Origin: Parcubacteria group bacterium M10-OD1-1
GTDB lineage: Bacteria > Patescibacteriota > Minisyncoccia > Moranbacterales > UBA2206
Direction: 5' to 3'
Assembly: GCA_003056145.1 (NCBI GenBank)
Contig: LSNL01000003.1
Coordinates: 4,345-68,344 of the forward strand
DNA length: 64,000 nt
A program made the translations under genes and the position numbers. The notes under the pieces are model-generated. The model searched no databases. It had not been told where the DNA came from and saw only the letters and a list, made by a program, of their open reading frames with translations. Shown piece after piece: positions 49,039 to 59,683 of this stretch; position 1 is the first letter of the stretch; each line of letters begins with the position of its first letter.

Positions 49039-49692
49039 ATGGCAAAAGTTAAGATATACAATTTAGAAGGGAAAGAAGTAGAAGAATTAGAGCTCTCAGA
49101 TGTCGTTTTCGGTGTTAAAAGAAACGATGATTTAATTCATCAGGTTTTTGTTTCAATTTCAGCTAATCAAAGACAACCATGGGCCCATACTAAGACTCGA
49201 GGAGAAAGATCTGGGTCAGGAAGAAAACCGTGGAAGCAAAAGGGAACTGGACGAGCTAGAGTAGGATCCGTGCGAACACCGATTTGGAGAAAAGGAGGAA
49301 TTGTTTTTGGACCTAGAAAAGAAAGAAATTATGATAAAAAAATTAACCGAAAAATGAGAATAAAAGCTATTAAGATGGTTTTGAGTGGAAAATTACAAGA
49401 CGGTGAAATAAAAGTAGTTGATAAGTTAGAATTAGCTGAGAAAAAAACTAAAACTATGAATAGCATTTTGAAAAATTTAAATTTAAAGGGTCGGATTTTA
49501 TTATCCTTCTCTAATTCGGAAAAAGAGTTAAGAATGTATAGCAAAAATCTAGAAAAAGTAGAAAATATTTTAACAAATCAACTGAATGTATTAGATATGT
49601 TAAATAATAAATATCTAGTTATTTCTAAAGATTCAATAAAATCTTTAGAAGATAAATATCAAGAAGTTGTAGAAAATAAAGAATCCAAATAA
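49039..49692 (+). CDS. rplD: 50S ribosomal protein L4
   Basis: KPWKQKGTGRARVGS motif. Confidence 0.98.
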   Translation: MAKVKIYNLEGKEVEELELSDVVFGVKRNDDLIHQVFVSISANQRQPWAHTKTRGERSGSGRKPWKQKGTGRARVGSVRTPIWRKGGIVFGPRKERNYDKKINRKMRIKAIKMVLSGKLQDGEIKVVDKLELAEKKTKTMNSILKNLNLKGRILLSFSNSEKELRMYSKNLEKVENILTNQLNVLDMLNNKYLVISKDSIKSLEDKYQEVVENKESK

Positions 49693-49706
49693 GTTTATAA
49701 AGAAAA

Positions 49707-50024
49707 ATGACTAAAGAAAATAAAACAATTAAAAATAGTGAGATAGCTTATAAAATTTTAGTTGAACCCTGGGTAACAGAAGCTACTACTGCGATGATGG
49801 AAATGAATAAATATGTTTTTAAGGTTACTAAAGAAGCTACAAAAACTCAAGTGAAGAAATCAGTTGAAGATTTATATAAAGTAACTATTTTATCAGTTAG
49901 GACTATTAATATGCCCAGAAAGAAAAAAATTCGAGGAAGAATAACAGGCTATAAGCCAAGTTTTAAAAAAGCGATAATTACGCTCAAAGAAGGGGATAGT
50001 ATTAATATTTACGAAGGAAAATAA
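49707..50024 (+). CDS. rplW: 50S ribosomal protein L23
   Basis: YVFKV...KKAIITL; operon position. Confidence 0.96.
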   Translation: MTKENKTIKNSEIAYKILVEPWVTEATTAMMEMNKYVFKVTKEATKTQVKKSVEDLYKVTILSVRTINMPRKKKIRGRITGYKPSFKKAIITLKEGDSINIYEGK

Positions 50025-50085
50025 TTCAATACTTCATAATTTTATTAGATTATAAAATTATGAAAGTAAAGTTTAAATAATAGAA

Positions 50086-50919
50086 ATGGCAATTAAAGTA
50101 TACAAAAGAAATACGGCAGGTCGGAGGAATATGTCTATTGTTAAATCCTCTATGATTACTGATAAGAAGCCAGAAAAAACTCTTTTAGCTAAATTAACTA
50201 AAAAAGCTGGAAGATCTGGGGGAAAAATATCAGTTAGACATCAAGGCGGTGGACACAAACAAAGATATAGGATTGTTGATTTTAAGCAAGATAAGTTTGG
50301 AATACCTGGGCGTATTGCAGCAATAGAGAGAGATCCAGTCAGAAGTGCTTTTATTGCTCTAATTTATTATGTAGACGGAGAGAAGAGATATATACTAGCT
50401 ACTGAAGGAATGAAAGTGGATCAAGTAATTGTTTCAGGTGAAGAAGCTCCAATTAAAACTGGAAATAGAACTAAATTAAAAAATATCCCAGTAGGAACGA
50501 TTATTTCTAACTTAGAATTATTTCCCGGCAAAGGTGGTCAAGTGGTTAGAAGCGCTGGCTCAGGAGCTACTTTAACTGCCGTTGATGAAAAAACAGCCCA
50601 AATTAAAATGCCATCTGGAGAAATTAGATTAGTTAGTAATGAATGTTATGCAACTATCGGTCAAACAAGTAATTTTGAACATAGCTCAATTAAAATAGGA
50701 AAAGCCGGAAGAAGAAGACATATGGGATGGCGTCCATCAGTTAGAGGATCAGCTATGAATCCAGTAGATCATCCACACGGAGGAGGAGAAGGTCGTCAGG
50801 GGATAGGACTTAAGCATCCGAAAACTCCTTGGGGAAAACCAGCCTTGGGCAAGAAAACTAGAAAAAAGAATCGATATAGTAATAAATATATAATTAAAAG
50901 AAGAAGTAAGAGAAAATAA
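50086..50919 (+). CDS. rplB: 50S ribosomal protein L2
   Basis: [17 protein letters not shown] motif. Confidence 0.99.
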   Translation: MAIKVYKRNTAGRRNMSIVKSSMITDKKPEKTLLAKLTKKAGRSGGKISVRHQGGGHKQRYRIVDFKQDKFGIPGRIAAIERDPVRSAFIALIYYVDGEKRYILATEGMKVDQVIVSGEEAPIKTGNRTKLKNIPVGTIISNLELFPGKGGQVVRSAGSGATLTAVDEKTAQIKMPSGEIRLVSNECYATIGQTSNFEHSSIKIGKAGRRRHMGWRPSVRGSAMNPVDHPHGGGEGRQGIGLKHPKTPWGKPALGKKTRKKNRYSNKYIIKRRSKRK

Positions 50920-50921
50920 TT

Positions 50922-51260
50922 ATGACACGAAGTCTAAAAAAAGGACCTTATATAGATGAAAGGCTCTTAAAGAAAATTAAAGATAAAAAAGCTGGAGATA
51001 GGACTCTGATTAAGACTTGGTCGCGATCTGCTACAATTACTCCTGAAATGATTGGTTTTACTTTCGGAGTACACAATGGGAAAGATTTTATTTCAGTAAT
51101 TGTTTCTGAAGAAATGGTTGGACACAAGTTGGGGGAATTTTCTCCTACCAGAAAGTTTGTAAGACACGGAGGTAAAATGCAGAAAGAAATGGAAATCGCT
51201 AGTAAACAAAGAGAACTAGATGCAGCTAGAGCTGCTAAAAATACAGGAGGATCAAAATAA
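50922..51260 (+). CDS. rpsS: 30S ribosomal protein S19 (C-terminal extension)
   Basis: RSLKKGP and [11 protein letters not shown] motifs. Confidence 0.98.
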   Translation: MTRSLKKGPYIDERLLKKIKDKKAGDRTLIKTWSRSATITPEMIGFTFGVHNGKDFISVIVSEEMVGHKLGEFSPTRKFVRHGGKMQKEMEIASKQRELDAARAAKNTGGSK

Positions 51261-51280
51261 TAATAATATTTTAACGATTT

Positions 51281-51847
51281 ATGAAAGTTTCAGCAAAATT
51301 AAACAATTTAAGAGTAGCTCCAAGAAAAGTGAGAATAGTTGCTAAATTAGTTAAAGGAATGGCTATTAATGATGCCTTTGACCAGTTAGATATTCACATT
51401 AGAAAGACAGCTCCTTATATGAAAAAATTACTTGAAAGTGCTATTGCTAACGGAGAAAATAATTTTGGAATTGATAAGGATAATATGTTTATTTCAGATG
51501 TGGTTGTTGATGCCGGACCTACCTTAAAAAGATGGAGGGCTCGAGCTTTCGGAAGAGCAGGAAAAATTTTAAAGCGAACATCTAAGATAGAACTAGTTAT
51601 TTCTGAAAGAGTTGAAGGAAAAGGAAGGAAAACTAAGGAAGAAATAGAAAAAGAAAAACAAGCTAAGATCGAAGCTCAGAAAAAAGTTGTTAAAGAACGA
51701 GAAAAAGCTGATAAAAAAGCTACTGAAACAAATAAAGTTATTAAAGCAGATTCAACGAGAATAGTTAAAAAAGATACAGAAAAAGAAGGAAGAAAAGGAG
51801 ATGAAAAAAGTTGGAAAAATAAAATATTTAGAAGAAAATCAATGTAA
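51281..51847 (+). CDS. rplV: 50S ribosomal protein L22 with a long charged C-terminal extension
   Basis: APRKVRIVA and GPTLKRWRARAFGRA; about 75-aa K/E-rich tail. Confidence 0.97.
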   Translation: MKVSAKLNNLRVAPRKVRIVAKLVKGMAINDAFDQLDIHIRKTAPYMKKLLESAIANGENNFGIDKDNMFISDVVVDAGPTLKRWRARAFGRAGKILKRTSKIELVISERVEGKGRKTKEEIEKEKQAKIEAQKKVVKEREKADKKATETNKVIKADSTRIVKKDTEKEGRKGDEKSWKNKIFRRKSM

Positions 51848-51915
51848 ATAAGTTAGTAGTTTATAATTTAAGAATTTATAAAATCTAAATTATAAACCTT
51901 AATTTTTATTAAAAT

Positions 51916-52566
51916 ATGGGCAATAAAGTTAATCCAATCGGATTTCGCATAGGAATTACTCAAGGATGGAAATCAAAGTGGTTTAGTAAAAAAGAATATA
52001 AAGAAAATCTTCACCAAGATATAAATATCCGAGTGGCAGTAGCTAAAAAATGGCGGGCAGCTTCAATTTCCGATGTTGAGATTGAAAGGTCGGCGAAGAT
52101 GATTAAAATTGTTATTAAAACAGCTCGTCCAGGAGTGCTTATTGGACGGGGAGGTAGTGGAATTGAAGATGTGAAAAATTATATTCAAAATAACTTTTTT
52201 AGAAACAATAAAAATATTAATTTACGAGTAGAAGTTCAAGAAATTAAATATTTTGAAGAAAGTGCTTCTATTGTTGCTCAGAATATTGTTGACCAGCTGG
52301 AAAAGAGAATTCCTTTTCGAAGAGTGATGAAATCAATGTTGGATCAAGTAATGAAAAATAATAAAATTAAAGGAGTTAAAATAGAATTATCTGGAAGATT
52401 AGGAGGAGCCGAAATGAGTAGAAAGGAATGGGCAGCTAAAGGAACATTACCTTTGCATACCATTAGAGCTGATATTGATTTTACGAAAGAAACAGCTTTC
52501 ACTACTTATGGAACATTAGGTGTAAAGGTTTGGTTGTATAAAGGAGAGGTTTTTAAAGATAAATAA
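51916..52566 (+). CDS. rpsC: 30S ribosomal protein S3
   Basis: GNKVNPIGFR, GRLGGAE and PLHTIRADID motifs. Confidence 0.99.
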   Translation: MGNKVNPIGFRIGITQGWKSKWFSKKEYKENLHQDINIRVAVAKKWRAASISDVEIERSAKMIKIVIKTARPGVLIGRGGSGIEDVKNYIQNNFFRNNKNINLRVEVQEIKYFEESASIVAQNIVDQLEKRIPFRRVMKSMLDQVMKNNKIKGVKIELSGRLGGAEMSRKEWAAKGTLPLHTIRADIDFTKETAFTTYGTLGVKVWLYKGEVFKDK

Positions 52567-52630
52567 GGTTAATTTGGTGAGTTAATTATAATAATAGTTT
52601 TAATTATTTATTTCTCACTAACAAAATAGC

Positions 52631-53047
52631 ATGTTAATGCCGAAAAAAGTAAAACATAGAAAGATCCAACGAGGCGGTAAAATCCGTGGCGTGGCTCAAC
52701 GAGGAAACAAAGTTAGTTTTGGGAGTTTTGGTTTAAAATCAATGGTTCCTGGTCTTATTTCAGCTAGACAAATAGAATCTGCCAGACGAGCAATGACTAG
52801 ACATATTAAAAGAGGTGGAAAAATTTGGATTAGAATATTTCCTGATAAGCCAATGACTAAGAAAGGTGATGAAACCCCGATGGGTAAAGGAAAAGGAGCA
52901 GTTGATCATTTTGTAGCAGTGGTTAAGCCAGGAACGATGATATTTGAAATGGATGGAGTTTCGGAAGAGGTTGCAAGGCAAGCTATGAAATTAGCAGCAT
53001 ATAAGCTTAGTGGTAAAACTAAATTTGTAGTTAAAGATGAAAATTAA
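52631..53047 (+). CDS. rplP: 50S ribosomal protein L16
   Basis: [20 protein letters not shown] and MGKGKG motifs. Confidence 0.99.
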   Translation: MLMPKKVKHRKIQRGGKIRGVAQRGNKVSFGSFGLKSMVPGLISARQIESARRAMTRHIKRGGKIWIRIFPDKPMTKKGDETPMGKGKGAVDHFVAVVKPGTMIFEMDGVSEEVARQAMKLAAYKLSGKTKFVVKDEN

Positions 53048-53051
53048 ATTT

Positions 53052-53243
53052 ATGAAGACTAAAGAATTAAGAGAAAAAAATAAAATCGAGTTAATGAAAG
53101 TACTTAGCGAAAAGAGAGAATCTGTGAGAAAAATTAGATTTGATATTGCGACTAAGCAAGTAAAAAATACTCGGGAAATAAGAAAAGAAAAAAGAGATAT
53201 TGCTAGAATATTAACTATTATTAATGAAAAAAATGAAGACTAA
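53052..53243 (+). CDS. rpmC: 50S ribosomal protein L29
   Basis: MKTKELR...KRDIARILT; start at 53052 preferred. Confidence 0.95.
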   Translation: MKTKELREKNKIELMKVLSEKRESVRKIRFDIATKQVKNTREIRKEKRDIARILTIINEKNED

Positions 53244-53481
53244 AGAAGTAAAAAATAAAATAGTTATTAAGAAAAAGGGAATAGTAGTAAGTGATAAAAT
53301 GGACAAAACGGTTGTGGTAGCAGTGGACACTTATAAAACACACAAGAAATACAAGAAAAAGTTTAAATCTACAAAAAAATATAAAGCTAATGATGAAGAG
53401 AATAAATATAAAGTTGGAGATGTTGTGGAGATAACTAATTGTCGTCCAATCAGTAAAGATAAATCGTATAAAATTTTATAA
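53224..53481 (+). CDS. rpsQ: 30S ribosomal protein S17
   Basis: GIVVSDKMDKTVVV and GDVVEITNCRPISK motifs. Confidence 0.97.
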   Translation: MKKMKTKEVKNKIVIKKKGIVVSDKMDKTVVVAVDTYKTHKKYKKKFKSTKKYKANDEENKYKVGDVVEITNCRPISKDKSYKIL

Positions 53482-53551
53482 AGATAATAGAATTTACAAA
53501 TCTGTGTTAATAATTTGATAAAAATGGCACTGGTTTTGTAGAAAAAAAGAA

Positions 53552-53917
53552 ATGATACAAGCAGAATCAAAATTGAAGGTAGCTGATAATAGTGGCGCTA
53601 AAATAATTAAGTGTTTTAAGGTTTTAGGTGGATCTAAAAGAAGATTTGCTCAAATAGGAGATATTATTGTAGCTTCTGTTAAATCAGCTGAGCCAAGAGG
53701 AGCAGTTAAAAAAGGTGAGAAAGTAAGAGCAATCATTGTTAGACAGCGAAAAGAATATAGAAGAAAAGATGGTTCTTATATCAGATTTGATGAAAATGCG
53801 GCTGTTATTATAGACGGAAAAGATATGAAGGGAACAAGAATTTTTGGTCCCATTGCTAGAGAAATCAGAGATAAAGGTTACGCTAAAATAGTTTCTTTAG
53901 CTCCAGAAGTATTATAA
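53552..53917 (+). CDS. rplN: 50S ribosomal protein L14
   Basis: VADNSGAK and SLAPEVL motifs. Confidence 0.99.
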   Translation: MIQAESKLKVADNSGAKIIKCFKVLGGSKRRFAQIGDIIVASVKSAEPRGAVKKGEKVRAIIVRQRKEYRRKDGSYIRFDENAAVIIDGKDMKGTRIFGPIAREIRDKGYAKIVSLAPEVL

Positions 53918-53950
53918 AATAATATAATTGAAAAATAGTAGGATAAAAAT

Positions 53951-54256
53951 ATGAAATTGAAAAAAGGAGATATAGTCAAAATGTTAGCTGGTAAAGATCG
54001 TGGAAAGACGGGAAAGATTTTGCAATCCTTTCCAGAAGAAAAGAAAGTAATTGTAGAAGGTTTAAACATTGTCAAAAAGCATATTAAACCAAAGCGAGAA
54101 GGAGAAAAAGGTCAAAGAATTGAAGTACCAAGAAGAGTAGATGTCTCTATTGCTATGTTAGTTTGTCCTAAATGTGGAAAAAGTACTAGAATAGGTTATA
54201 AAATAGAAAAAGGTAATAAATATAGAATTTGTAAAAAATGTGGAGTAGAAATTTAA
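53951..54256 (+). CDS. rplX: 50S ribosomal protein L24 (two CxxC pairs)
   Basis: KKGDIVKMLAGKDRGKTG motif. Confidence 0.98.
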   Translation: MKLKKGDIVKMLAGKDRGKTGKILQSFPEEKKVIVEGLNIVKKHIKPKREGEKGQRIEVPRRVDVSIAMLVCPKCGKSTRIGYKIEKGNKYRICKKCGVEI

Positions 54257-54294
54257 TTAATTTCTAGAATAGTGAATAATTTAAGATTGAAAAA

Positions 54295-54840
54295 ATGACA
54301 AGTATTAGAAAAAAATATAATAAAGAAGTGGTTGGTAAATTAAAACAACAATTTAAGTTGAAGAATGATTTAGCAGCACCAAGAATTAAGAAAGTAATTG
54401 TTAATGTTGGTATTGGTAAATTTCTCAATGATTCTGGAAAAGTAGACGATATTTTACAAGCAATCACTACTATTACTGGACAAAAACCGTTAATGACTCA
54501 GGCCAGAAAGTCAATAGCTGGATTTAAGATTAGAGAAGGGTTAAAAGTGGGAATGAAAGTGACTTTAAGGGGGAAAAGAATGTGGAATTTTATTGAAAGA
54601 CTAGTTGGAACAGCACTTCCTAGAATTAGAGATTTTCATGGAATTAAAGAATCTGCAGTTGATTCTCATGGTAATTTGAATATTGGAATAAAAGAACATA
54701 TGATTTTTCCTGAGATTTTAGCGGAAGAAGTAAGAAATATTTTTGGAATGGAAGTAACGATTGTAACTACTGCTAATAAGCAAGAAGAGGGAATGGTTTT
54801 ATTTAAAGCCTTGGGATTTCCAATAGAAATTAAAGAATAA
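54295..54840 (+). CDS. rplE: 50S ribosomal protein L5
   Basis: ITGQKP, SIAGFKIREG and LPRIRDFHG motifs. Confidence 0.99.
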   Translation: MTSIRKKYNKEVVGKLKQQFKLKNDLAAPRIKKVIVNVGIGKFLNDSGKVDDILQAITTITGQKPLMTQARKSIAGFKIREGLKVGMKVTLRGKRMWNFIERLVGTALPRIRDFHGIKESAVDSHGNLNIGIKEHMIFPEILAEEVRNIFGMEVTIVTTANKQEEGMVLFKALGFPIEIKE

Positions 54841-54917
54841 ATAAATTATATAAAATAAACACCTTTTTTATAACTAGTCTTTAAAAACTAATTATAAAAT
54901 AAGAGTAAATTTATAAA

Positions 54918-55103
54918 ATGGCAAAGAAATCAGTAGAAGCTAGGGCAAGAAAAAAAGTTAAGTTTTCAACAAGAGAAGTTAGGCGTTGTTGGAAATGCGG
55001 AAGAAAGCATGGTTATATGCGTCAGTTTGATATTTGCAGAATATGTTTTAGAGAATTAGCTAGTACAGGTCAACTTCCAGGAGTAAAAAAAGCTAGTTGG
55101 TAA
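54918..55103 (+). CDS. rpsZ: 30S ribosomal protein S14 type Z (zinc-binding)
   Basis: RCWKCGR...CRICFRE...PGVKKASW. Confidence 0.98.
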   Translation: MAKKSVEARARKKVKFSTREVRRCWKCGRKHGYMRQFDICRICFRELASTGQLPGVKKASW

Positions 55104-55165
55104 TTTAAATAATGATAATAATTCATCAATCAAAGAAAGAGACATCTAATTAAATTCAAAAATCT

Positions 55166-55570
55166 ATGGATAAAATTTCAGAAATGTTAACTAAAATAAG
55201 GAATGCTCAAATGGCGGAGCATAAAGAAGTTTTGATAAAGTTTTCAAAACTTAAGTTTGCTTTAGCTAATATTTTTGCTAAAGAAGGATTTATAAAATCC
55301 ATATCCAAAGATAAAGACAAAGATGATAGAGATTTAATTAAAATTGTTCTAAAATATTATCAGATTTCTAATACAGAAAAAGTTCCAGCTATTAAAGGGA
55401 TAAGAAGAATTAGTAAATTGGGACAAAGAATTTATATTAAGAATAAAGATATTAGAAGTGTTAAGAGTGAATTTGGTATAGCCGTAATTTCTACCTCTAG
55501 GGGAATTGTTACTGGAGAAGAAGCTAAGAAGTTAGGTTTAGGAGGAGAATATATTTGTGAAGTTTGGTAA
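55166..55570 (+). CDS. rpsH: 30S ribosomal protein S8
   Basis: MLTKIRNA, ISTSRG and GGEYICEVW motifs. Confidence 0.98.
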   Translation: MDKISEMLTKIRNAQMAEHKEVLIKFSKLKFALANIFAKEGFIKSISKDKDKDDRDLIKIVLKYYQISNTEKVPAIKGIRRISKLGQRIYIKNKDIRSVKSEFGIAVISTSRGIVTGEEAKKLGLGGEYICEVW

Positions 55571-55617
55571 AAATAAATTTTTTTGATTGATAACATTTAA
55601 TATAATAGTAAACATTT

Positions 55618-56163
55618 ATGTCTAAGATAGGAAAAAAACCCATTGAAATACCTCAAGGAGTAGAAGTTAAATTAACAGAAGATACTCTAGAAGCTAAAGG
55701 TCCTAAAGGAACGCTTAGTTTAAAGGTGGATAAAGCTGTTAAAGTTGAAATTCAAGAAAAAGAGATTAAGATTGAAAAAAATAAAAGCTCTAAACAGGCT
55801 AACGCTGTTTGGGGGTTGACTAGAGCTTTAATTAATAATATTGTAGTGGGAGTAACCACTGGTTTTGAAAAGAAATTGGAGCTACAAGGCGTAGGTTTTA
55901 GGATGTCCATTCAAGGAAAGAAATTGGATTTAGCTTTAGGTTTTTCTCATCCTGTTAAAGTAGATATCCCAGATGATTTGACTGTTAAGTTGGAAGATAA
56001 CAATGTATTAGGAATTTGGGGAATAGATAAACAAAGAGTAGGACAATTTGCTGCTGAGATACGATCACTTAAAAAAGTAGAACCTTACAAAGGAAAAGGC
56101 TTTCGTTATCAAGGTGAAAATGTTAGAAGAAAAGTTGGTAAGAAAGCAGGGGCAGTTAAATAA
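55618..56163 (+). CDS. rplF: 50S ribosomal protein L6
   Basis: SKIGKKPI and EPYKGKG motifs. Confidence 0.99.
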   Translation: MSKIGKKPIEIPQGVEVKLTEDTLEAKGPKGTLSLKVDKAVKVEIQEKEIKIEKNKSSKQANAVWGLTRALINNIVVGVTTGFEKKLELQGVGFRMSIQGKKLDLALGFSHPVKVDIPDDLTVKLEDNNVLGIWGIDKQRVGQFAAEIRSLKKVEPYKGKGFRYQGENVRRKVGKKAGAVK

Positions 56164-56226
56164 ATTTAGTAATTGATAGCGAAATTATTAAAATAAATAA
56201 TTACAAAAGTTTAATTTTTAAATAAT

Positions 56227-56571
56227 ATGAAATTAAGTAGAAACAAACTAAGGTTGCGTAGAAAAAAAAGAATAAGTGCTAAAATCAAAGGAGCTGCTAA
56301 AAGACCTAGAATGGCTATTTTTAAGAGTCTTCGGAATTTATATGTTCAAGTTATTGATGATCAAAAGGGTAATACTTTAGCTTCTATTAACTCTCAAGAA
56401 ATAAAAGTCAAAAATGATATTCAAGGAGCTAAAGAAGTTGGAACTTTAATAGCGAAAAAATGTCAGGAAAAAAAGATAACTCAAGTTGTTTTTGATAGGT
56501 CTGGTTACAAATATCATGGTAAAGTTAAGGCTTTAGCTGAGAGTGCTAAAAAGAATGGGCTTAAAATTTAA
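56227..56571 (+). CDS. rplR: 50S ribosomal protein L18
   Basis: FDRSGYKYHGKVKALA motif. Confidence 0.98.
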   Translation: MKLSRNKLRLRRKKRISAKIKGAAKRPRMAIFKSLRNLYVQVIDDQKGNTLASINSQEIKVKNDIQGAKEVGTLIAKKCQEKKITQVVFDRSGYKYHGKVKALAESAKKNGLKI

Positions 56572-56642
56572 AGTAATAATTAAGAAGAGTCAATATTTTC
56601 AAATAAGTTAACTCATTAAAATATTTATTCAAAGTTGTCAAT

Positions 56643-57191
56643 ATGAATAACAAAGAAAAAAGATTTAGAGGAAAAAGAGAAAAACCTGAATACGATCAGA
56701 AGCTTTTAGACTTAGCTAGAGTTACAAGAGTAGTTAAAGGAGGAAGAAGGTTTAGATTTCGAGCTACTTTAGTAATCGGTAATAAAAAAGGAAAAGTAGG
56801 CGTAGGAGTAGGTAAAGGATCAGATGTTTCTGATTCAATTAAAAAAGCTTTTGATGACGCTAAAAAAAATTTAGTAGAAGTAGCTATTTATAAAAATACT
56901 ATTCCTCACGAGACTTATATTAAAAAAGGAAGTGCTAAAATTATTTTTAGACCAGCACCAAAAGGAAGAGGTATTGTGGCTGGAGGCGCTATCAGAGCTG
57001 TAGTTGATCACGCTGGAATTAAAGATATTGTTTCTAAATCATTAGGAACATCCAATAAATTAAATGTAGCTAGAGCAGCAGTTGAGGCGTTAAGTGAACT
57101 AAAAAAATCTAAAGTTAGGAATGTTAGATTAGGTAAGACTCAGGGAATTAAGAAAGAAGAGAATAAAAAAAATGAAAAAATTAAGAAATAA
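56643..57191 (+). CDS. rpsE: 30S ribosomal protein S5
   Basis: RVTRVVKGGRRFRF and GIVAGG motifs. Confidence 0.98.
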   Translation: MNNKEKRFRGKREKPEYDQKLLDLARVTRVVKGGRRFRFRATLVIGNKKGKVGVGVGKGSDVSDSIKKAFDDAKKNLVEVAIYKNTIPHETYIKKGSAKIIFRPAPKGRGIVAGGAIRAVVDHAGIKDIVSKSLGTSNKLNVARAAVEALSELKKSKVRNVRLGKTQGIKKEENKKNEKIKK

Positions 57192-57210
57192 TTGTTTTTA
57201 ATATATTGTT

Positions 57211-57663
57211 ATGCAGATAAATGATTTAAAATTAAATTCACCTCGTAAAAAAAGAAAAATTATTGGTAGAGGCGGAAAAAAAGGAACTTATTGTGGACGA
57301 GGAATGAATGGACAGAAGTCTAGAAGTGGAGCTAGTGTAGATCCTTTATTTGAAGGTGGAAGATCAACTTTAATTGATCATATGAAAAAGAAAAAAGGAT
57401 TTAAATCACGCACACCCAAAAAGAATATTATTAAGTTAGCTGATTTAGAGATAAAATTTCAAGATGGCGATGAAATTAATCAAAAAACTTTGGTTAAATC
57501 AGGTTTGATTAGTAAGATGAAGATAATTAAAGGAGTAAAAATCCTTGGAAGTGGGGAACTAACCAAAAAATTATCTATTGCTTCAGGAATTTTAGTAACG
57601 ATTTCTGCCAAGAAGGCTATTGAAAAAGCTGGTGGAAAAATTATTTTTAGTCAATCAGATTAA
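57211..57663 (+). CDS. rplO: 50S ribosomal protein L15
   Basis: GRGMNGQKSRSG, FEGG and VKILG motifs. Confidence 0.98.
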   Translation: MQINDLKLNSPRKKRKIIGRGGKKGTYCGRGMNGQKSRSGASVDPLFEGGRSTLIDHMKKKKGFKSRTPKKNIIKLADLEIKFQDGDEINQKTLVKSGLISKMKIIKGVKILGSGELTKKLSIASGILVTISAKKAIEKAGGKIIFSQSD

Positions 57664-57699
57664 TAACTTAAAAAATTTTGAAAAACTAAAAGTCTATAT

Positions 57700-58971
57700 A
57701 TGTTGAATAAAATTATTCAAATATTTAAAGTCAAAGAATTGAGAAATAAAATATTTTTTATTCTAGTTCTTTTAGTAATTTTTAGATTAGCAGCCAATAT
57801 ACCATTACCAGGAATTGATCAAGAAAAACTAAAACTTTTTTTTCAAGGTAATCAATTTTTTGGACTTTTAAACTTATTTTCTGGAGGAGGAATGACTAGT
57901 ATTTCGATTGTAATGTTAGGGGTTGGACCTTATATTACTTCATCTATTGTGATGCAACTGTTAACAATGGTTAGTCCTCGGTTAGAGCAAGTTTACAAAG
58001 AAGAAGGAGAGGCTGGACGAGAGAAATTTAATCAATGGACAAGATGGTTAACAGTTCCTTTTGCTGCTTTGCAAACAATTGGAATGATTTCCTTACTCCG
58101 TTCTAAACAAATTATGGCCCCTGGCGATGCTTTAGAAATGGCAACGATTATAATTATGGCTGTAGCGGGAACGATTTTTTTAACTTGGTTAGGGGAGCTG
58201 ATTACAGAAAAAAATATTGGCAATGGAGTCTCTCTTATAATTTTTGCAGGGATTGTTTCTGGTCTTCCAGGAGCTATTTCTCGGATATCTGCTACTTGGG
58301 ATCCGTCACAATTTTTTACTTATCTTATATTTTTAATTATTGTTGTAGGTGCGATTGCTTCTATTGTTTATATTACTGAGGGTCAAAGAAATATGCCAGT
58401 TTCTTATGCTAAACAAGTGAGAGGTAATAAGATGTATGGAGGAACAACCTCTCATCTTCCTTTGCGAATTAATCAAGCTGGAGTAATGCCGATAATATTT
58501 GCGATGTCTATTATGCTATTTCCAGGGATGATTTCTAATTTTTTATCTCGAGCCTCCAATCCAACAGTAGCCAATATAGCCAGGGAAGTAGGAAATATTT
58601 TTCAAAACCAATGGTTTTATGGAACTTTTTATTTTATTTTAGTAGTAGCTTTTACTTATTTTTATACAGCTGTAGTTTTTGATCCTAAACAAATAGCTGA
58701 AAATCTTCAAAAACAGGGTGGTTATATTCCAGGTATTAGACCAGGACATAAAACATCTGAATATCTTTATAAAATAATGAACCGAGTTACTTTATCAGGG
58801 GCAATTTTCCTAGGATTAATCGCTGTTTTACCTTTTATTGTGCAAGGTTTTACTGACATTGGCTCGGTCTCAGTAGGTGGAACTGGTTTATTGATTGTGG
58901 TAGCAGTAGTTATTGAAACAGTTCAACAAATTGAAGGTCAGCTAGTGATGAGAGATTACGAAGGCTTTTAA
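57700..58971 (+). CDS. secY: Preprotein translocase SecY
   Basis: LGVGPYITSSI, IGNGVSLIIF, YIPGIRPG and GGTGLLIVV motifs. Confidence 0.99.
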   Translation: MLNKIIQIFKVKELRNKIFFILVLLVIFRLAANIPLPGIDQEKLKLFFQGNQFFGLLNLFSGGGMTSISIVMLGVGPYITSSIVMQLLTMVSPRLEQVYKEEGEAGREKFNQWTRWLTVPFAALQTIGMISLLRSKQIMAPGDALEMATIIIMAVAGTIFLTWLGELITEKNIGNGVSLIIFAGIVSGLPGAISRISATWDPSQFFTYLIFLIIVVGAIASIVYITEGQRNMPVSYAKQVRGNKMYGGTTSHLPLRINQAGVMPIIFAMSIMLFPGMISNFLSRASNPTVANIAREVGNIFQNQWFYGTFYFILVVAFTYFYTAVVFDPKQIAENLQKQGGYIPGIRPGHKTSEYLYKIMNRVTLSGAIFLGLIAVLPFIVQGFTDIGSVSVGGTGLLIVVAVVIETVQQIEGQLVMRDYEGF

Positions 58972-59026
58972 ACTTGATAAATTAACCAATAAAAAATTAA
59001 AAAATATAAAATTGGTTATCAATTAA

Positions 59027-59683
59027 ATGAATGTTGTTATTTTAGGTCCGCAAGGATCTGGTAAGGGGACACAAGCTCAGCTAATCGCTGAGAAATTTGA
59101 CTTAGAACATATTGATATGGGGAAATTTCTTAGAGAAGTAGCCTTATTAAATACTCCTTTAGGAAAAGAGATTAACGAAATTATCAATATCAAAAAGGAA
59201 TTAGTAGATGATAAAATATTAAAAAAAGTCTTGCATTTAAAAATACAAGACTTGCCTAGGGAAAAAGGTATTATATTTGATGGAGTACCAAGGAGAGAAG
59301 ATCAGCTAGCTTATTTTGAGGAAGCGATGATTAAATTTGGACGCCAGGTTGATAGAGTAATCCTGATTAAGCTATCAGAAAAAGAATCTTTTCAAAGAAT
59401 AGCCAAAAGAAGAATTTGTGAAAAATGCAAAAAAGTTTTTATTTTAGGCAAAGATATTCAGAGTGAAACAGAAAAGTGTCCAGTTTGTTCAGGAAAAATA
59501 ATTCAGCGAATAGATGACACAGAAGAAGGAGTGAAGAAAAGGTTAAAAATTTTTCAACAAGAAACAATGCCTGTAATTAAATATTATGAAGCACAAGATA
59601 ATATTATTGAGATCAATGGTGATCAAATAATTAAAAAAGTGTTTAAAGATATTTTGAAACAACTAAAAAAAATTTATGATTAG
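59027..59683 (+). CDS. adk: Adenylate kinase (zinc LID)
   Basis: GPQGSGKGTQA, FDGVPR and a CxxC...CxxC LID. Confidence 0.95.
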   Translation: MNVVILGPQGSGKGTQAQLIAEKFDLEHIDMGKFLREVALLNTPLGKEINEIINIKKELVDDKILKKVLHLKIQDLPREKGIIFDGVPRREDQLAYFEEAMIKFGRQVDRVILIKLSEKESFQRIAKRRICEKCKKVFILGKDIQSETEKCPVCSGKIIQRIDDTEEGVKKRLKIFQQETMPVIKYYEAQDNIIEINGDQIIKKVFKDILKQLKKIYD

